Positions 28,516 through 44,200 of a stretch of 64,000 bases of DNA are shown piece by piece. The notes beneath the pieces were generated by a model. The model worked only from the letters and a program-made list of their open reading frames with translations. It was not told where the DNA came from and made no database searches. The translations under genes were made by a program, and so were the position numbers. The stretch comes from Trichoplax adhaerens (taxonomy: Eukaryota > Animalia > Placozoa): positions 6,300,597 through 6,364,596 of the forward strand of contig NW_002060946.1 in NCBI RefSeq assembly GCF_000150275.1. The letters run 5' to 3'. Positions within the stretch are counted from its first letter, which is position 1; each line of letters starts with the position of its first letter.

Positions 28516-31500
28516 AATACTAGACAGTTACTTATCACGGGGCTGACTAATGCGATTTTCGTAGAGTAATTAGAATTTATTTTAGCGAGTATCTTGTTAG
28601 AATCTAAGCACAGATTTGGCTTTCTTGATGATTCTATCCCTCTTCTCGTACGATTATAAGCTTATTTATTTAGCAACAGCTAGATTTTTTGATTTAGTGA
28701 TGAATAAAAGTGTCATCTATGGTAATTAAGAACGACAGAATATTTTTCTATTTCAGTTTAATTTGATGGATATAATTAACGGAATCTTCGATCGCTATTT
28801 AAATTAGATTGTTTCAAGAATTAACACTATATTGACTTCCTTCCACCCTCAAGTATAAAATAACGACAGGGATATCTCATTTTGGCATCCTTACTTTACT
28901 CTTTGAACTATGAACATCATTTAAAGCTTCTATATAAAATTTTGGCTTGTTGTGAGCATTATAATTTTATGAGCATAACTGTCGAGTAGATTTAAATTGT
29001 ACACAGTAATCATTTCCATTACTAACGTAGACACGGTTTTGGTTTCATTAGATCTATTCCAGGGTGTAAGCAGTCTATTCCAATATAATCCAAATGATCA
29101 AGGAGTAGTTCATTCATTAATTATTGAAATAAATTTTAATTACAATTAGTTCAAATTATGTTATTTATCAAGTAGGCTCTCAATGCTATCATGCTATCCG
29201 ACAGGATATCGATCATTGTTGAACTTGGTATAAAGAATAGGATGGAGACATCAATTGCTTCCAATGTTGCTTTGCCTATCAATTTAACATTCTGACAGAA
29301 TGATTATAACATAAATTAAAATAGCTATCGGCTAATATTTTCAATTGAACAAGTAAATTGAACCTTATAAAATTATTACGTATCAATTTTATCCCGATTC
29401 GTTGGAAAATTTTACATATTTTTCAGTTATTTTATTCTCATGATATGATTAGAATAGAATCTTTATACAGCTACGAGATATCTAGATTGAATTTGACGTC
29501 TAAGTTTGCCCTTGAAGTCTATTGTGGCTATATCGCTATTTCCAATAATTAGAAAATTCATGACTGAATTATATCATTCAATGCCTCCCACACTGAATTT
29601 CTCTGAAATGCAGTCAGCGGCTAGGAAGGCACCCTACTGCATATCCTGCTACAATCTTATCGATTTTGCGATCAATCACATTTTTAAGGGGTAAAGATAA
29701 AACCTTGATGGAACAATGAGGTAGTAATTAATAGTCGCTGGCGAGATCGTAATGAATACTGATAATTTGAGAGATATTTATTTTTACAACATGATGGTAT
29801 TCTACGTCAATACCAAGCTGGGAATTATCGATTCCGGAAAATAGATAAAGATTCAGCTTGAAAATTAAGATATTTCATTTACGGTAAATTGAAGTGTAGC
29901 CGCAAGCATTTCTATTGAGTAATAATTTCCTATTTGACTTTATTCCTGACTTGAAATCTTGATATAATTTCTACTATGTCAACATTAATTGCATAGGACA
30001 CAATAATAATGACTACCAGCAGATGCAAGATAATATATAATTCAATTTTTTGCATATTTACAAATTGAAGAAAGGAGTATTCATTTCATCATCAATCTTT
30101 ATGTGTCGTAATTTGATGTAATAAGAAAGTTGAACTATCATTCTCGACCCTTATGTCCTTCCTTAAGAATGAGATAATGAATACTAAAATTAAAACTCAA
30201 TTACGATACTGGTACATAATATCTGAAATGGAAAGGACAACTTGATCAAGGAACACACTGAATCTATAGAAATCCATCGCTTTATTTGACATTCTAGCAA
30301 ATGATCTGGATACCAGTTTTTATTATAGTGGAGATTTAACAGCTGTTAAATTAATTCCTAGTCTCGGTAAATTAATTAGCAATGAAGAATTTGCTAAATG
30401 ATGTAGTTATATGTATATGTTACTACTTGTGCAATTTAATATTTTACAGCTTAAACTTTGAGCTTGTTTTTATATCAATGTCACAAAACAGCTTTGCAAC
30501 AAGATAAGGTAATGTACGTAATGTACGATCAATAAGTCAATTCCTTGAACCACGTATCAAGGAATGATATCTGCACTATCAGAAACACTTTTGCTCTACT
30601 AGCAGACTACACAAAGACTTAGACGCCTCGTATTTTAAGTTAAACACTAAGTTTGAGAATTCTGTTTATTACACGATATACTGCATTTATATAATATTCC
30701 TCAATCGTTCATGAGTCATAGTTTATACAATTAACATTGGAATCATTTATTGAATTAGATTTTAATTTTAGCTTCTGCTCCCTTAATGCAGACAACAGTA
30801 TTTACGAGCATAAACATATAATGACTAATACAGAATAGTCAGATTACGATATGTCCTATCACGGAACATTTCCATGATAATTTACAATCTACCATAAGCA
30901 AATTACAATCACAATGATTCGAACTGTAAGTAGATGATTTGCATTCCCTATGATAACTATTAATTTCAGTATGTGTATAAGTGTCTCTGTCATAAAAAGT
31001 CAATGCTATATTAAAACACAGTATATCCAAATTAGAAGTTAACAAAATAAGGATAGGCTAACAGAATTATCCTAACATAGATATTTCTACTCTAATACAG
31101 TATATAATACTGTCACAATCAAACAATATTTGACTTGTATTTTTAACCGCAATTTGATATTAGAATCATTTAGTACGTACAGTAGAAAATTTGAACATTT
31201 TTAAGATTAGCTTAACTATTCTAAATAGCTTTTTTAGCTTCCTTTAAACCTATATTTCATACAAATTCCATTTATTTAAACATTCATTTTTTGATGCAAT
31301 ATATATCTAATATTACAGGTATATAGGGATAGGATATAATTGTTTGATTTTTCAACCTTTATGGTGTACTGATTGCAAACAATGCTATTTAATTGATTGT
31401 TTCTCCTATAAGTTTGATCATATTTATATTTTCTGACAAAGAAATAGATTAAAATTGATTATAATAATGCAGTTTTTAACTGAGAGCTACATCTATAGTG

Positions 31501-34500
31501 TTGTAATTTTGATGAAGACTGATTATTATCATAGCAATTAGACTTCGCAATTGACTGTTTGCGTAGATAAAGTTTCATATTGGGCGAGTACATGGGATTT
31601 AACAATAGCTTAGGTATCGCAATTCCATCAAATATTAATTTTTCATATTACCTCATGAATAACCTTGTAGTCATAGCAACGACATATTTAATAAAATTTG
31701 ATAGAATATTTGTCGTGGTTGAAGAGAGTTCCAAGTTCAAAATTTCAATCTCATACGTAATTTTATTTCAGAACATATAATATACACATATAATACCGAA
31801 GTTGCTGATCTACGCGTATATAATAGTAAAATTATGCGGGGTATTTTATATTAGTTTTTGCCCATATTTCGACGTTATCTTCTTACTGAAAGTATGCTTA
31901 GAATATTTTTGGTGAATTTTTAGATTGTAAGTTCATATCAAACCCTGTCTCATAATCCAAAATTTAAGATATTTTTGTGACTCCATTTGACATAAATAAA
32001 GTTACAGTTTGTTGATAAGGATCTAGCAGCTAATTTGTACTGATACTTAGCATTAATTGTCCTCATTTAAATATAAAGTAAAGATGTTCTCTATATGATG
32101 CACTGGATTAATACGTCATCAACATAATGATAAATTTTGCCAATCAATTTATCAATTTCAATTCATGTATACCAATTGATCAGTTTCAACTTATTCTACA
32201 AAATAATTGATTACATAATTTAATGAATAATTTTATTATTCGAGGAAAAATCTTTTTCAAACGCATTTCAATTGTTATTTTTTTAAAAGTATTTTTCTAT
32301 ACTATATTTGCTGAAATTAGGAGAATTAGCATTCCATGGGGACATCGACTATTTTAAATTGTTGATTAATTGTTTGCATTGATCGATTTGTCTTTTATTT
32401 AATCACGAGGATAAATTTGAAATCAATTGAATGATAATTTTTTCACTGCCTTCATGATTACCGACTTAATAGCAACACCCATTAAATTTTCATCGGTAAG
32501 AATAATTAAATCCAATCTATGGAATATTGACACCCAAGTATGAGAATCTATAGATAGAAAATATACTGCCTTTCTATCAAGTTAGTTTTAACCTGATTAA
32601 TACGGTTGCTATGATAACGCAAAAATAAATGGTATGTCTTCTAGTTGCTATATTGAACGCCATTATAAATACCAAAATATCTAGTACAGTCTTAAATTCT
32701 GATAGAAAATCAATCCAGATCTACCACCGAAGTCCGCTAAGTAATTACAAGTGAATACGTCTGCTTTTGAAAATTTTATCCTGCAACTTTTCGGTGTTGA
32801 CGTTTTTTACTTGCAATCTTTTATGGTAGGATAACTGATTTTAATTCAACAGCCGTTATAAATGATAGAAATTTCTTCACTGCTAATTCGATTATCTTTA
32901 GAGAGTAAGTACTAAGATTAATTTGCTAGAGACACCCCGATGATTGCTATCTTGTATCCATTATTCTGATTGACCATAATTAGAAGAGACCATTCTGTCT
33001 TAGAATTAAAAAATTTTCCTTGCTACCAGTAATCTGGTAGTCAGTCATCCACTTAATTTTGATGGGGTAGCTAGATTTCTTTTTTAATTCATTAGGTAGC
33101 AAATTGAATAACTTTGATAGTTCGCCATTTTATGTTGTCATAGCAATCGTAATCATGACGGCTAAGAGCTTTATCCAAAAGACTTTTCTTTCGTGGCGTG
33201 AAAATGTAGTTTCTTTTATCATAATTTCTATTCAACATTTTTTGCCGTTTTGCATTTTGCTACATTATAAGGCTACTGAAAATAGAGTCAGCTTTTAAAT
33301 AAGAATTTACACATATGAATGCTTTGTGGTCGTATAAATTATCTACAACTTATCAAGTTGCGATCATAATGGGTCTGATATTACGATTCAAACTATCCAA
33401 GGTATGCACAGTTTTAAGGTACTAAATGTAATATTTTACTTTCCTGACTGGTTAATAGCTAAATTATTCGCCTAGCCGAATTTTAAATCGCGCAATGCTT
33501 TTCGTAGGAATTAAATTAATCATGGAATTGAAAAATTCGGTTTATTAAAGTCTATTTGGTTAATTTTTAGATTTGGTACTGTCAAACTATCTGCGAATTA
33601 GTAACATAAATTAGGATAGAGGAAAAGGTTTGATCAAGTTATCTATAATTAAATAGTACCGCCTTTCAAAGAATTTAATGATATTTCTATGATCTGGAAA
33701 GGAGTGAGTTTATTTTGATACTGGTACAGTAGCCAATTTCTAGATCTACAATTTCTTTTCGCAGTTTCATTTACCTTCGTTTTTTACATGAATAAGTAGA
33801 AATTATTAATCAACGATTATCAACTAAACGCAGTAAACTGTAAAAGTTTTCCATAATTTTATTCGTATGTTAAGAGTTCAGTTATGTCGTGGCCTTACAT
33901 TGAGACTAAGTTAAAATCTTTGCAAATTCGTCTTATTTTACAAAATTAATGAAAAAGGAAATAGTCTTTAACTTAATGGAATCAGGAACTACTAAAAGAA
34001 AGAGGGAGCAATGATCTCATCATATGATGTTAAAAAAGCAATTTAATATTTTGAAAGATAAAGGATGGCCTAAAGAGTAATATTAGGACTATATAGAATT
34101 GCTCCACATTATAAACAAACTATTATCTAGCAAGTCTAGGCAAAGTTTTGGTTATTAGTTTATCCTGTGGTTAATAATCAAAAATATCTATCGACATAAC
34201 TATTAATGGTAATAAATTCATTTAGGTGAAAATAATAGACAGATTATGGAGTAAAAGGAGACTAGACTAGAGCTTTCCCATTTATCCTCAATTATCTACT
34301 ATCGCATTAGATTACTACCGTTATTATGACGTTCAATTTGCCATCGTAAAAGCGTCATAAAGGAAATTATTAGAGATTCTGAAGATAATACTTTTAACTG
34401 TGACATATGAGCATTGTCTATTTACCCAGAAATGACGAATAGGATTTTGTTTCCCTTGTTTGTTGCATGTTTTCTAAGAGATTACTATAGTGAGCACTGT

Positions 34501-36285
34501 ACTAATGAACAAAGTTTTATCATAAGACTGCCAAATTATATTAAATTAAGTTGAAAATTTAAGGATTATATCGGAAAAACACTCAATCCACGGGAAATGA
34601 CAATGCAAAGAACTGTTTTCCCTTCTTCTATAAAGCTAAGCTATTTTCTGTAATGATATTATTTTTACGTTTCATAGTTAGGATATTAATTTTTTGTAAT
34701 ATCAATTGACTTAATCGAAACTATTTCAAATTACTTCTAAAGTTTTGGCTACCTTATCTGTCTTGATAAATAATTATGGTGTTTCTGTTTCTGAAGCGTG
34801 ATTAGGTGATATTTGACTACCATTTCTTTCTGACAGTAAAATAAACTTGCTTGTATGATTCTTTGAGAACTAATTAACAGTCAGTCGAAAATAACACGAT
34901 AGTCTCAGTAATTTACAGTCCTTACTGGGACATTTTAATTTCTGGAACATATATCCTATGATATTATTAAAATTACATTGGATACCACTGAATATGCATA
35001 GTTTTCTATCCCATTACTTTTGATAGCGATATTTATTAAGCTATTTGCAAAATCTATTCCTGTTATCGTCGGATTTTTATTAAAAGTGGAATATTATGAA
35101 AATTAGTCATAGTCGAGGTGATGATTCTATTGGTAGTTTAGAATAATGGTAGCTACTGCTAATAAATTATAACGAATAGACGCTAACTATGATAATGATG
35201 AGAACGTCCCGCTTGATTCTAAATAACATGTGATGTTGTAATCATTAAATTTATCTTCGCATAAAGAATTTGTTTCTTGGTTGCTAAAAATAATCACGAT
35301 GCATATAAATTAAAACTACGCATCTATGAACAGTCTCTTAGATTATTTTCCGAAAATCGGCTAATAGTAGCAACATTGCCGAATTAAATATAAATGTTAT
35401 ATTTATTACAGACTAATCTATTGTTACTGAAAATTGAACATTTTGCAAACAATCTCTAAAAAGAAATTACACGCCCTACTGGTTCTATTAGTCAGATTTT
35501 GGTAAGTTAAGGCTAAATGCATGGATCTAGCAAGTATGTAAAGGAAATATGAATTTTTTACAAAAAAATACGGGTTTTCAACAGAAGTTGACGAGACAGC
35601 CTAATTGAATTTAGCTAATGGTAGTTTTACTCTTTCTTGAGTTTGCTTACAAATATTAAAAAATTACAGGCATTTGTGTTCCTAATATAGACTTTTAATA
35701 GTATAGACGTTCCTAAATCCCATTAATGGAAATAAGATTTAAATAGGCCAATGCTATTGCTGACATTCTTAGTTTATTTGTATTTATTTATTAACATAAA
35801 ATAAGACTACATCTTCTGAAAAATTAAACTCCAACATTGGCTCAGAGTGATCGTTACGCTAGCGTACAGTATGTAACTTTTCCTTAAATCTATCATTATT
35901 AGCTATTGTCTGAAACTGTTATCCTATATTTTGCTATATAGAGAATATCAAGTCTAGTAACGTTGTAATAGTGCTTTAAACTATTATTAGATGAGAATTA
36001 TAAACGGATACGCCTGCTACATCTAATAAATATTTTAAGAAATTTCGATTCTTTAGTAAACTGTCGAGATTATCGTAAATAGTAGTTTTAAAGCAATTTA
36101 CTTTTAATCGTGAATTTTAATGACATATTATAAAATGTTAAAGCAATCCTCTAATACTAGATAAGATGTTCTAGGTCTGACATATGAGTACGTAATAGGA
36201 ATAAATATCTTCATAAGTAACAACAAAGATACAATTTTATCAACTACCTTACTAATCGTAGGATTGTGATACTGTCTATTTACTT

Positions 36286-36982
36286 TCTGCTATCAAATAT
36301 AGCGATAGAAAAATAAATTTTTATTTGCTACGCTATATCCAGGTTAGAGTGTGCGATTTAATTAATTTACGTCGATAGATTGGGTTATCACACAATTCGA
36401 TTTATCAATCATTGAATTTCGATACTACACTTTTATGTCCTACCATAGAACATAGCAACCGTAAAAAAAATTTTGTTTGCTAAACTATATCTAGGTTACA
36501 GTTTATGGTTTAATTAATTTATGTCGCTACATAGGGTAATCGCCCAGTTCGATCTATCAATATTTGAATTTCGATAAGTCCTGCTATCAAATATGGCGAT
36601 AGAAAAATAATTTTGTTTGCTACGATACATCTAGGTTAGAGTATGCGGTTTAATTAATTTAGGTCGTTACATTAGGTTATCGTATAGTTCAATTTATCAA
36701 AATTTGAATTTCGATAAGTTCTGCTATCGAATATGGCAATAGAAAAAAATAATTTTATTTGCCACGATATATCTAGGCCAGAGTGTGCGACTTCGTTAAT
36801 TTAGTTTGTTACATTAGCTTATCGTATAGTTCGATTTATCAATCATTGAATTTCCATTCTGAGCTTTTAAGTCCTGTGATCGAATGTAGCGATAGAAAAA
36901 TAATTTTTGTTTGCTACGACATATCTAGGTTAGAGTGTGCGGTTTAATTAATTTAAGTCATAACACTAGGTTATCATACAGC
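36286..36982. repeat. Tandem array of five ~140-153-bp units (last one partial)
   Basis: Units start at about 36288, 36440, 36581, 36721 and 36874: CTGCTATC.AATAT.GCGATAGAAAAA...TTTGCTACG..ATATCTAGGTTAGAGT...TTAATTAATTTA...TTCGATTTATCAA...TTGAATTTCGATA. Confidence 0.92.
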
Positions 36983-38230
36983 TTGAAAGCTAACAAAAAT
37001 TAAGAGTTGCACTATACTTATCCGGTATCAAGCAAAAAATTGTGAATTAGAAAGGTTAAAGACCAATCCTATTTAGGTATATATTTATAAATCTTAAGGG
37101 ACACGGTATTTCTTTACTACCAGTAGACAGATAAAAACTTGCTTAAGTTAATCATTTATGATGACTTGATGATCAGTTTGCGTAGGGTTCAGTATTCTTA
37201 TTGGAAAAGTTACGGAAACGTTATTAATATTATCATTATCATTATACCTAGAGGTACGCTGTATTAGGCTAACTCAGCTAAAATCTGTGACTATTCAGGT
37301 ACGATAACAAATAGCTTGTAGGTGTAATAAATGAATGAAGAAGACAATTATTAATTAGTCATGAAGGATTAGTAATCAGTATTTCATCGGCTCAAGGTCG
37401 TATTTTCTACTCGTTCCCTTCTAAAAGGAACAACTAGTAATCAATAATAAGTGCGTTCTCATTATTAGCCTGTCGGACGATTAATTTGTAAATTACATCA
37501 GTATCTTTACGTCTACTAATGCATATCAACAAAATTAGAATATCGATACTTGGAAAAAGATGAATGGTACATGTTTGTTTGACAAATAGAGTTATAATAG
37601 AAATGGAAGGCGCAAGCTATCGTCAGCGCTTCTATATTTAAACAGAAGAATAATAAATGAGAAAACTATCATTTATTATCATAAATAGAATAATTACTAG
37701 TTACTGATTTTTCTATCTAGTTTGTCGTTTAATGATTGATAGACATATTTTATTAAACCAATTCTCATAACATTATATTATTATTTATTTCCTTGCAAGT
37801 TAGAAAAACTATTTATTTCCATCAATACCTCGATTAAATAATTAAATATACCGCTCATGTCAAATAATATGTTAATAACATTTTGTATAACGAAGGAGCT
37901 AGCAACAATAGCTAGATTCTATCTTGAGACAGCCTTATTAGCCCTTTGGCGCTGCTTTTATATTTATAATTATGACAATATTAGATCATGTCTAGCCCTT
38001 AAGCTTGAAAATGGATCATTTACTTTGGTTGCATGTCTTTCTCTTGATTATATTCATATCTTATATTCAATAGGTCAAATCAAAGACGAAATTTAGGCTA
38101 TTGTTTAGTTGTTTATTAGCTTGGAAAGAAAGAATAGATAGAGTTCTGAATATCAAAGGATTAAAACCAAGATTATAATCCCTAAACCATTTAGTATTTG
38201 TCGTTTCTCAAGTTAAAACATGTACTGAAG

Positions 38231-41200
38231 ATGGGTAGCGGAGCTTCCAAGAATAAAACTAGAAATATTTATATCCGTGCTAATGGCAAGACTCAACGTG
38301 TAAGTAATCGATTCTACTTAATTTTCTAATGGTATCCTATTCAGGTTTTCCTTATAGTCATCTGGGTTATATGTTCGCAGTAAAAAGACAGTAGTCTATA
38401 AATCTTTCGTATCCAGATTATATCAGCGACTTCAAACACTTTTTAGCTTACATTATTGGATATTGTTTAGTAGTTGATATGCTAGCGCAGAACATTAGTT
38501 CTTGGTATATTCTTGCTAGTAGTGTTTTAAGTATAGAATTACGTACATATATCGAGTAATTAAAGTCAAATTCATAACTAACCGGTATCCAATCAGCGTT
38601 AAAAAAGAACATTTGCTTAGATAACGATAGTTTTTTCGTATTATTTTAATGCACATAAATTTATTTTTACAGATTATTAGTTTATATGTAAATAATATAC
38701 AGCATGGAAGTTGAAGCGGCTAATTGTCATCTTTCTTAAAAACAGTTGGATTGCTTTATTAAGCAATTCTAGGGTAAAATTTTGTCTAAAACTGCGGGTA
38801 ATTTAGCAAAACGTCATGCAAGTTTCTCATTATAATATAATCAGAGAATTAGGAGGCTAGATTAGAAGCTACTTCTAAGACAGACAGTAAACTAGATAAA
38901 TTTCAAAATATTAAAATAAAATAGAAGAAAGTTTAATAAAACTTGGGAAGAATTTCGTTCCATAAAGTCTAATGCAATGAAATACCGTACTCTATCTTGG
39001 TAAAAATTTCTTTAATTCCACAGACAAGAAAATTTATCCCTAATCTCATATAGAATTTTATTGAATAATTTTGTTACTGTGAAGAGAAGATATAGTTTAA
39101 TACTAAGATTTACGAAATTCTTACTACTGTATTTTCATACTGATATCATCTATACTAAAACAGTGTAATTTAATGTAGTATTAGCTATTTCTTCATATAT
39201 GCAACAGCTGTTAGCAGATGATGAGCTACTATATCTATAGAATCATGAAGAATAATTATAGTTTGTTTAACAATTTAAACCTCATGAACTTTTAGGCCTT
39301 TTATTTTTTAACAATCTCTTACAACATCATATAACGTAATCTGAACCTAAGTTTGTGAACTTAAGGAACAAATGTGTTCCTTTAATGGCATGAATAAAGC
39401 TATCAAATACGTACTTGCTTTATAATATGGTTGCAATTAGTTAATTTGTGGGGTGAATTAGATTCGCTAAGTGTTTCATATTTTTGACAGCTATGATAAC
39501 CGTACTTCATAGTAGTTATTCCTTATAGTTTTAACAGGATCAATAGCCCATGTTAATTTCTTTTATCGTAATATTCTAGCTAAAATTTACTCGAAGTTGC
39601 TCGCCTACTGAACTTAAAGATTTGGTATCTGTAGCCTGCGGAGTCACCAAGTAAGTAGAATAGAATGACAAAAATTTCGTAACACAAGAAATACTATAAT
39701 AATTATAATGAAATAAAATGTGATTTTGACCCTTCTTCCTATACACAGAATGACAATCACAGCTTTTTCTCTACCTAAGCTTTAGCATACATACGTAAAA
39801 AACACTTATTTCGATATGATATTTATGTCTAACTTGATTAACTTTCATTTCTCTCATCGATTAAAAGCTAGAAGTTGGCCTGATAAACACTAAGGCTACA
39901 TATATATTTGCTTCCTAGCCTGTTTTAGGCATTAAGAATTATAACAGTAGGTTTTTATCACTAGTAGGGAGGCTATTTAGTATACGAGTGCGTATGAGCT
40001 CTCTGGTTATTCTGGAGCTACGCCTTCTTTAACTAATATCGGGAGCGCATTGAATTAAGGATACTCTAGATTAAAATATTTCATGGAAGCTTAGCTATAG
40101 GCGATGCTTTCCGTTCAACAGTAAGTTCGTTATGACTCTTTCAATTTATTTTAATCAAGTAATATAATAAGGTATTATACGATAAGCATATCTGCATTAC
40201 TAGTACTTAATCTGTAACCTTTTTTTGCTGTTAAATCATACACTACATTCAGTTTAGGCCCAGATAATAAATTCATACTTAGAGCACATTATTGATAGAA
40301 TTAATCATGCTGATCTACCATTCATTGTGAAATATTCTATATCATTTGCACTTTCATTTTTAACAAAAAAGCACTTATAGATCATAGATAATCATAATAT
40401 AAAAGACTTATCATCTACGATTAACTCCTATTAGTAACATTCCTTGTTAATCATATTTTACAAATCCAAATCAAAATACAGTATTAACAACTAGATAATT
40501 ATAGTGGCCAAATATTATTTTTTTCTTGCGCCTAGTTTCATATCCATTGCTACATAGTCCTGAATCAGATCAGATGACTTATATATCGAATAAATTCACT
40601 CCCTTCAGACGGATCCTGGTCTTAAATTTTACTCCTCCCACCCCCTTCTCTTGTTCTTGCAATGTGATTATGTCATTCCATTCATGATATAAGAGAAATT
40701 TGGCAATCGATTTGTTCCAGCTGAAAAGCACTAATTTTATCAACCCTGTCAATCATCATGCTTTCATCTTATAACGCCACGATGACACCAACATTAACTA
40801 TTATTATCCCCAGTTTATTAAATGCTGAAGGGATCAAAATATCTAATTCTGCTGTTCATACAATGGAATTCCTAAAATTTGGTTCTGTGCAATAGAATAG
40901 TAATACTAAAGATAAGTAGTCATAAACAAGATGCGCTTACAGACTATAGGGTTGCAAGCATACTAGCATAAGGATTTCGTTGTCATTACAATATATACTT
41001 GATAAAATAAATGGTAGAAATGGACTCTTTGATTAGCGCTAGGTAATTTTAGCATGTATAAATAGAAGACTTATCGTAACATACGAAGGTCTAGGAATTA
41101 ATCTTGTATTACATGTGAGTAAAAATATTGAAAATAAATCTAGATGGCAGTAAATCAGGTCACTTTCCATTTAAAGGGACACAAAATTCTTTACTAAATA

Positions 41201-44200
41201 TTGAAAAGATTATTAGTGAAGATAGCCCTAAATACCACGACAATTTACTATGGATTTATTTTCTATTATTGTGTGTGTTAATGAATATATTTTAAAAATT
41301 TATTTGTTTTTATTAGTATTTTCAATTCTATGTGATTTTAATAGAGAATAGTTATAATTTAATAATACTGCATTATTCGGGCAGTCTGTTGATCTTGCAT
41401 TAATCGTCATTAAATGGTGGGTTTGATATGTTATTTCTACACATAGACCATTTTTCCGAATAGAGTTAAATGTATATACAATCATTTATTGGAGCTTAGT
41501 GATAGGCTCCGAATTTTTCCTTTAATGTACTCGTAGACAAGATTAAATAAGGTTGCAGTTTCGAAAGGGGTAGTATAAATATCAAATGAACGAATTTATT
41601 GCTGAATCATTCGAAGTATACTCATCGAATACCCAAATTGTAACCAGCAGCGGCTAATTTGAAAAGTATAGCCAGTATCGTTTATGGTAGGATAATCCTT
41701 AACAAATTATTAAGACCAGTCTTTAAGCTATAATAGTCATCCGCTGACGTCATTTAATTTACGTATCCATTTCCTAAGGATATTAAATAGTCTATAGATT
41801 AGTCTCTATTACCTTACATTTACATCAGTTACGGTAATAAATTTGGAAAAAAGAGCTTAACAAATAGAACGCCATCAGATTGACGTCATATGGTGGAAGT
41901 AACATAAAACTCTACTAGAAAAGTCTTCAATAAAACGTAAAGCCGTATTACATATAATAGTTTATTTCAGTAAAATAAAGGATCGGGTGAGATAAACATT
42001 ACTTTATTTCCTCTATTAAACTACGCAATTTTATTTTTAGTATGATAAACTTGAGATATACAAGATTGATATTTTATAGAAATAGCCAAATCATATTTAA
42101 AGTCTTAACAATTGAATTCGCCTAGCAGTAATTGCCTTGATGTTTCTTGTTAAGCCAAAATAAAATAACGTCAAATTTTCTGCTATTCCTGCAATCTTAG
42201 TAACATGTAATTAAAGTAAAGCAACATTTCTTGCGTAATAACGATGGCATAAAAAAGTAAATGATAGAAGTTATAGGCTTTCTTTGCATAGAATTCTAGG
42301 ATATTTTATATGATGTTAGTACCTTAAAATCTCGATAGTACGGTATTATCAAATTTCTTATCTTTAAAAAAATTTGATAAAATTGACCACAAATGGACAT
42401 TTACGGATAGGAAAATAAGCATCAGACTAGAATTTACTGTCCTTTAATAACCTAATTCACTTCACTAATGTTGCATTAGTATTCTAAATCGGATATGTAA
42501 TTCTGTACTGACGATTACCCCTACTGTGCCTAAAATTGATCTTTTTGCGGCGGGCTGATACGTATTTAATCGCTTTTACAGTTTAAGATAAATTGACAAT
42601 ATCGTAGATAAATGAGATTTAATTTTTGCTCACTATACCATCGATACAGGAATAAGGTAGTATAGCTAGAGTACGTACGGGTAGAATAATGAATGAATGT
42701 ATTAGAGATTTATGCAGAATTGACGTTTTATGTTGCTATGGAGAGCTAATCTTATTCTTTCCTATCAATGGAGGATACAAAATTACATTAAAATGATAAC
42801 AGTAAAAACTATTAGTCCGGACGTAAAATAAGGAAGTACCATAAGTCAACATGATTTTGGGGGTCGAAAAAGTCAGCATATCGATGGAATGAAGTGATAT
42901 ACAAGGCTAGCTTTCAGGAAGAAGGAGTAATAAACAAGAGCTTATTTTAAAAGCTAAATATTAAATTTACGAATCGAATAGAGATTGAATGACAAAGAAT
43001 AGTAACAGTTGTAACTAGGATGTAATTAATATACTTCAATTGGTTGATTTTAAGCATTTACGAATTAATGAATTGCTTACGGTAACAATTATTGAATGCT
43101 ATTTTGAGTGAGATAAAAGAGAACGGTGTCTGCACCCTTTCGTTCTTGTCTCACGATATTTTAGTCGGCAGTAATTGGCGGTATAAATATGATTATTCTC
43201 AAATGGAAGGGAAGTTTCGATTAATTTGAAGTATTATCGGAGCGTAGTAGTACTCTAGCGAAAAAGCGACAGCTGGAATGATAGATAATGTCGCTTAACT
43301 GACTAGATTAAGATAATAAATAGTAAAACTGCAATCGTTCGCTGTTAGGAACTCACCGTAACGAAATTGTATTTACTATTTATTTAACTTAGATGGAAAT
43401 CAGTTCAGTTATCCAGTGATGATGGATCACTAGTGGCGATTAGTTGGGATGTACCGGAAAATGACGAAAGGTAGATTAACAAGATATCTTTTAGTATATT
43501 CTGTATTAGGTTATCTGTTGTTTAGTTGCTGTCTACGTACTATTTATCTGCTATCTTAAGTATTAAGGTCTCAAATTTCTGCAATTAAATATTAAGAAAT
43601 AAGCTTTCTCCGCGATTTGAAGTCAATTGATAACTTCTTGTATTATTTTCCCTTCGACATTAAATCATTTCTATTTTATTTTTAGTGCACCTTATGTTGC
43701 AACCGTGATTGCAGAAGATTCAGTTGTCAGTGAAAATGATAGACTTGCCGGAATTCTAACACAGGTTTCCGACCATTTTGTAAGGTAAATTTATTAAATA
43801 TTGATGCAATGCATGCCTTTAAAGTCATCTTTCGGGTTTCTAAAATAATAACCTATTTTGTACATTACATTAATTTCATTTGGAACTTTTCCGATAGGGC
43901 ATTTAACATTACTGAATTAAGAAAAGAAATTAGAGACCACTTGAGTGAGTTGAAGAAGAGAGTAGAGAGTGAGTTAATGGCCATCACATGACACCTTCGG
44001 CCGCAAATCCATAAATAGAAATTCTAGGATAGTTAATTTCAGGTTTAAAAGGTTTAAAAGGTTTAATTTGACTCTGTAATTGCCTTAGGGTAATAGTATA
44101 TTTCTAGATACTATACTAGCGTATAATAGTTAAAATAGGTATAAATTATTTCAATTCCAGCATACCGGTAATTTGGCATACAGTATAATGTACTCGTACG

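Noticed and set aside
36286-36982. Five-unit array as CRISPR or as a coding repeat
   Set aside because: Whole units are homologous (no unique spacers), and unit lengths vary by non-triplet indels with no ORF in the track.
18830-38096. Scattered 60-80-aa ORFs in the 21-kb gap, and MGNIPPS at ~27127
   Set aside because: No homology I can recognise, no consistent exon chain, and no transposase or RT motifs.
39362-39383. Short perfect inverted repeats (AAGGAACA-n4-TGTTCCTT; also ~18337 and ~62032)
   Set aside because: Stems of 8-10 bp are expected by chance in 64 kb of AT-rich DNA.
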